Virus record (IMG/VR): IMGVR_UViG_3300045974_001005
Location: 1 to 57,366 of that record
Length of the DNA stretch: 57,366 nt
Reading direction: 5' to 3' (one strand)
Source: a virus
Lineage: Duplodnaviria; Caudoviricetes
In this document: positions 54,582-57,366 of the stretch, piece by piece
Layout of the letters: every line of letters begins with the position of its first letter
Numbering within the stretch: position 1 is the first letter of the stretch
Notes under the pieces: generated by a model
The model's database searches: none
The model's input: the letters and a program-made list of their open reading frames with translations, nothing else
Told to the model about the DNA's origin: nothing
Program-made: the position numbers and the translations under genes

Positions 54582-55538
54582 ATGTCCAGTAATAAGATTT
54601 TATCAAGCAAATCCGCCATTGCCATTGAAGCGTTTTACAGGCTATTGGTTTGGGGTTTGTTTTTGGCGGTTGGCGAAAGCTTTTGTGAGGCTTACGTTGG
54701 GCGGTATGCCGCCGGAAGTTGCTGGTATTACATCTTGTTGTTTTTGTTCTCTGTCTTGCTTTTTGTGACATTGAAGCGTTTCAGGAATAATGACCTGACG
54801 CGTGACATGCGTGAACTCTACTTCTATGATGGCCTGGTTCAGCTTGTGGGGCTTGGCCTGTATTTTGCAAGACAAACCGCGTTCATTTGGATCGTGCTGA
54901 ATCTGGCCATCCTGTTGGTCAAGACCTTGCGCCTTCTATGGCCTGGGAAAAAACCGGATGGCACGGCGTTTGCCGGTTGGCCTGTGTTTGGCGTGCTTGG
55001 CATCATTGCGGCGCTGCGGGGTAAGACGGACTTACGAACAGTCCCGGCCAGCATGCGTCATGACCTGAGCGTTTATGCCGGTTGTGCTGCAACCTTGCCT
55101 GCTGCCTACCTGTTAGCGTCGTATGGGCCGGATGATGCGGCGCTACGCCTGATTTACCTGCCGTTTTCATTTGTGCTGCTGTATGGCAAGCTGCTGGTTG
55201 ACCACGTCATCCGTTTTTTCAGGAAATATGCCGAACTGAAAAGGATGGTGGCGGCAAACAGGCAAGCACCACACCCGCCACAACTTGAGGCCCGGATTCT
55301 TCATAAGGAAAATGAATTGGCATCGCTACTGACGCCTGAAATCATTGGCATTTTGCACCTGGTGACACGTTTGAATCCAGACATGCGGGCCATGTTCAAG
55401 CGCTTGATGGAGCAGGCGCATGCCGACCAGAAGGAAGATGAGCAGAATGCGAGCGCCCCCAAGCGCCAGCGCCCCAATCTGACCATCGTACCCAATCAAG
55501 TCAGGGGTGAGTCGCCGGATTCACATCAAGGCAAGTAG
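54582..55538 (+). CDS. Polytopic membrane protein (about 6-7 TM) with a soluble helical C-terminal tail
   Basis: Multiple hydrophobic segments in the first ~210 aa; charged C-terminus. Confidence 0.8.
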   Translation: MSSNKILSSKSAIAIEAFYRLLVWGLFLAVGESFCEAYVGRYAAGSCWYYILLFLFSVLLFVTLKRFRNNDLTRDMRELYFYDGLVQLVGLGLYFARQTAFIWIVLNLAILLVKTLRLLWPGKKPDGTAFAGWPVFGVLGIIAALRGKTDLRTVPASMRHDLSVYAGCAATLPAAYLLASYGPDDAALRLIYLPFSFVLLYGKLLVDHVIRFFRKYAELKRMVAANRQAPHPPQLEARILHKENELASLLTPEIIGILHLVTRLNPDMRAMFKRLMEQAHADQKEDEQNASAPKRQRPNLTIVPNQVRGESPDSHQGK

Positions 55539-55726
55539 TGGCTTGGCCCCGCCCGAGGGTAAAAAGGCGTCCGTAGCAGGTGAAATGCTGGAATTATCGT
55601 TTGTTTGATCATTGATCAAACAGGTGATATAATCCGGTTTTTCGTCCATACGCCCTTTGCGGCGACCAATATGACCCATTCCGTTACTGGCTCCACATCC
55701 ATGATTTCGCACAAGGCGGTGTCCTG

Positions 55727-55996
55727 ATGGTGAAACCCTTATACATTGAATTGAACGAATTGCCGGAAATAATCAAACTGGCTCCGGCCACGGTGCAGCG
55801 TCTGGTGCGTTTGGGGCAATTCCCGGCACCACGTCAATTATCACCCCACCGCGTCGCCTGGCTCTTCCGGGAACTGGAAGACTGGAGCGAATCGCGCCCG
55901 GTATCGAACTTGCCACCGCCACCCAATACCGGCAAAGGCAAAGGCAGCAAGGTTGCTACCGCACTGCCAATGGCTCAAGACGAGCATCCAGTTTAG
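55727..55996 (+). CDS. alpA: AlpA-family excisionase / recombination directionality factor
   Basis: L...TVQRLVR.GQFPAPRQLSPHRVAWL..ELEDW. Confidence 0.9.
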   Translation: MVKPLYIELNELPEIIKLAPATVQRLVRLGQFPAPRQLSPHRVAWLFRELEDWSESRPVSNLPPPPNTGKGKGSKVATALPMAQDEHPV

Positions 55997-56001
55997 CCCA
56001 T

Positions 56002-56052
56002 TCCCGGCCTGCCTCCAATTTGCCCTTGCCACCCAATACGAGGGGGCAAGGG
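56002..56052 (+). pseudogene. Relic 3' end of a second alpA homologue
   Basis: Translates SRPASNLPLPPNTRGQG, versus SRPVSNLPPPPNTGKGKG in alpA (55892-55945). Confidence 0.6.
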
Positions 56053-56061
56053 ACAAAATCC

Positions 56062-57366
56062 TTACTCTGTCAAACCGGATTGGGCAATAGCCTCCAACTT
56101 GTTACTGAGCTTCTCAAGCCATTCCGAGCGCTCCTTGTCATAGCCGTACAGGTTGTAGACACCAGTCAATCCGGGTTGCATGTGCCCCAGCAACGCCTCT
56201 GCCACTTCCGCTACGCACCCGATGGAGGGCAACAAGGTGCGTGAAGATCGGCGCAGGTCATGCGGTGCCCAATACGTTACTGGCAGGCGCTCACGCTCGC
56301 GGGTAGGGTCTTTTTTGCAATAGGGCTGATGATAGTTCACAGCGTCACAAATGCTTGATTGAGCAAAACAACCGGTCTTGGTACGCTTGGATGGGAACAG
56401 GTAGCCGTTCGGAAAGCGCGCCAATCGGCGCAGAATAACCTCTTGCGCACGACCAAAAAGCGGGACTCGTAAATCCGTTGCGTCGGCGTGCCGGACATTT
56501 TTGGTTTTGACTTTCGGAATTGTCCACCACCACCTACCGTTCTCCTGCGTAATTTCCTTCGCTTCAATTGCGACAATTTCAGCCCCGCGTGTGCAAGTCC
56601 ACAGATACATCGTCAACAGGTCAGAAATGGCTTCGGATTGAAAGTTGGGCAACCACGCCAGCAAGGTGGCGATTTCCTTTTCTGATAAAACCCGCTTTTG
56701 TGCGCCAATGTTCTTGCCATTGATCTTCTTGCCTTTGCTTTTGAGTTTGCCCTTCAGGACTCGTTGCCACCAGTTGGGCGTTGTCTCAGGAATCAATGCC
56801 GCATCCAGTGCGTAGTTCCACGCCGCTGCCAATTCCTGGCGCAGGGTCTGCGCGTAAACCGGGGTCTCGATGCGCTCGGCAATCAAGTCAAATGCCTGCT
56901 TGCGCGTCAAGGTCGCTGCCGCGAGCTTGGCGGTCTTGTCTGGAATGGATTCCAGCAGGTACCGCATGTTCTTGGCATTGTTCTTGTTGCGGTTGCGCTC
57001 GACATGGCCCGTCAAATAGTCTTGAACCAATTCCCCCACTGTATAGGTAGCAAGTTGGTGCTCAAGCTGTTGCTTCTTTTGCTTCGCCTTGGTTTCGGTA
57101 CGCTGCTCACGTCGTTCTTTGCCCGGATCGCGCTTCATTTGCCGTTGGTCTCGCAATTTTTCCCACTCAACAATCGCGGCATTCCATGACGTGGCTGGCC
57201 AAGCGCCGATCTTGGTTTGCTTCATCAATCCAGTAAGCGGGCTTTTGTAGCGGTAAATCCAGCTTCGGGATTTCTTGCCAGCTTCAAAACGCAATCCTGG
57301 GTAAGCATCAAAAATCATGAATTCACCAGCAGGCAAGGTCTTTGCGGTTCGTGCGTCAAAAGTCAT
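56062..57366 (-). CDS. int: Tyrosine integrase with N-terminal arm-binding domain
   Basis: PGLRF...SWIYRYK...IG.WP; catalytic R (CTRGAE), HDLRR, LGH, Y (GVYN). Confidence 0.96.
   Translation of the reverse strand: MTFDARTAKTLPAGEFMIFDAYPGLRFEAGKKSRSWIYRYKSPLTGLMKQTKIGAWPATSWNAAIVEWEKLRDQRQMKRDPGKERREQRTETKAKQKKQQLEHQLATYTVGELVQDYLTGHVERNRNKNNAKNMRYLLESIPDKTAKLAAATLTRKQAFDLIAERIETPVYAQTLRQELAAAWNYALDAALIPETTPNWWQRVLKGKLKSKGKKINGKNIGAQKRVLSEKEIATLLAWLPNFQSEAISDLLTMYLWTCTRGAEIVAIEAKEITQENGRWWWTIPKVKTKNVRHADATDLRVPLFGRAQEVILRRLARFPNGYLFPSKRTKTGCFAQSSICDAVNYHQPYCKKDPTRERERLPVTYWAPHDLRRSSRTLLPSIGCVAEVAEALLGHMQPGLTGVYNLYGYDKERSEWLEKLSNKLEAIAQSGLTE

Larger units (their letters stand above)
9093..57366. 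mobile_element. Temperate podovirus-like prophage core (N4-gp56-family capsid, DarB-like protein). The 1-9055 accessory block may also belong to it.
   Basis: Colinear integrase, cI/cro, replication, Q, terS/terL, portal, capsid, tail and ejection genes. No tape measure or sheath genes. att sites not visible; the window ends at the integrase start codon. Confidence 0.95.

Noticed and set aside
1-57366. attL/attR, tRNA or rRNA genes
   Set aside because: None recognised by eye; the window is cut at start codons at both ends, so att sites probably lie outside.

Overview
Temperate podovirus-type prophage, probably from a Burkholderiales/Oxalobacteraceae host judging by the H-NS sequence style. 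Reading from the right end: tyrosine integrase convergent with an AlpA-type excisionase; a very short early operon (52-aa poly-Pro peptide plus a membrane protein); a cI/cro switch with visible promoters and operators; a PAPS-reductase-family gene; DUF1376/YdaU and P-like replication genes with a duplicated iteron-like block; a Q-like antiterminator; terS, terL, portal, scaffold, N4-gp56-family major capsid, adaptors, several fibre genes and nozzle; a hydroxylase/cupin pair; ejection proteins; and a 4938-aa DarB-like methylase/SNF2 helicase/PLxRFG protein. No lysis cassette or recombination module is recognisable. The most unusual parts are: (i) a left-end operon of three intact HsdM paralogues that all lack the catalytic NPPF motif, plus H-NS, an atypical CobO/BtuR and a diverged HsdS, with no HsdR; (ii) two small genes overprinted in another frame inside the DarB-like gene; (iii) an AT-rich moron island with an apparently inactive Mu-type transposase core; (iv) a repressor lacking the S24 peptidase, next to a peptide and a membrane protein. 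All family assignments come from motif recognition by eye; no database searches were run.
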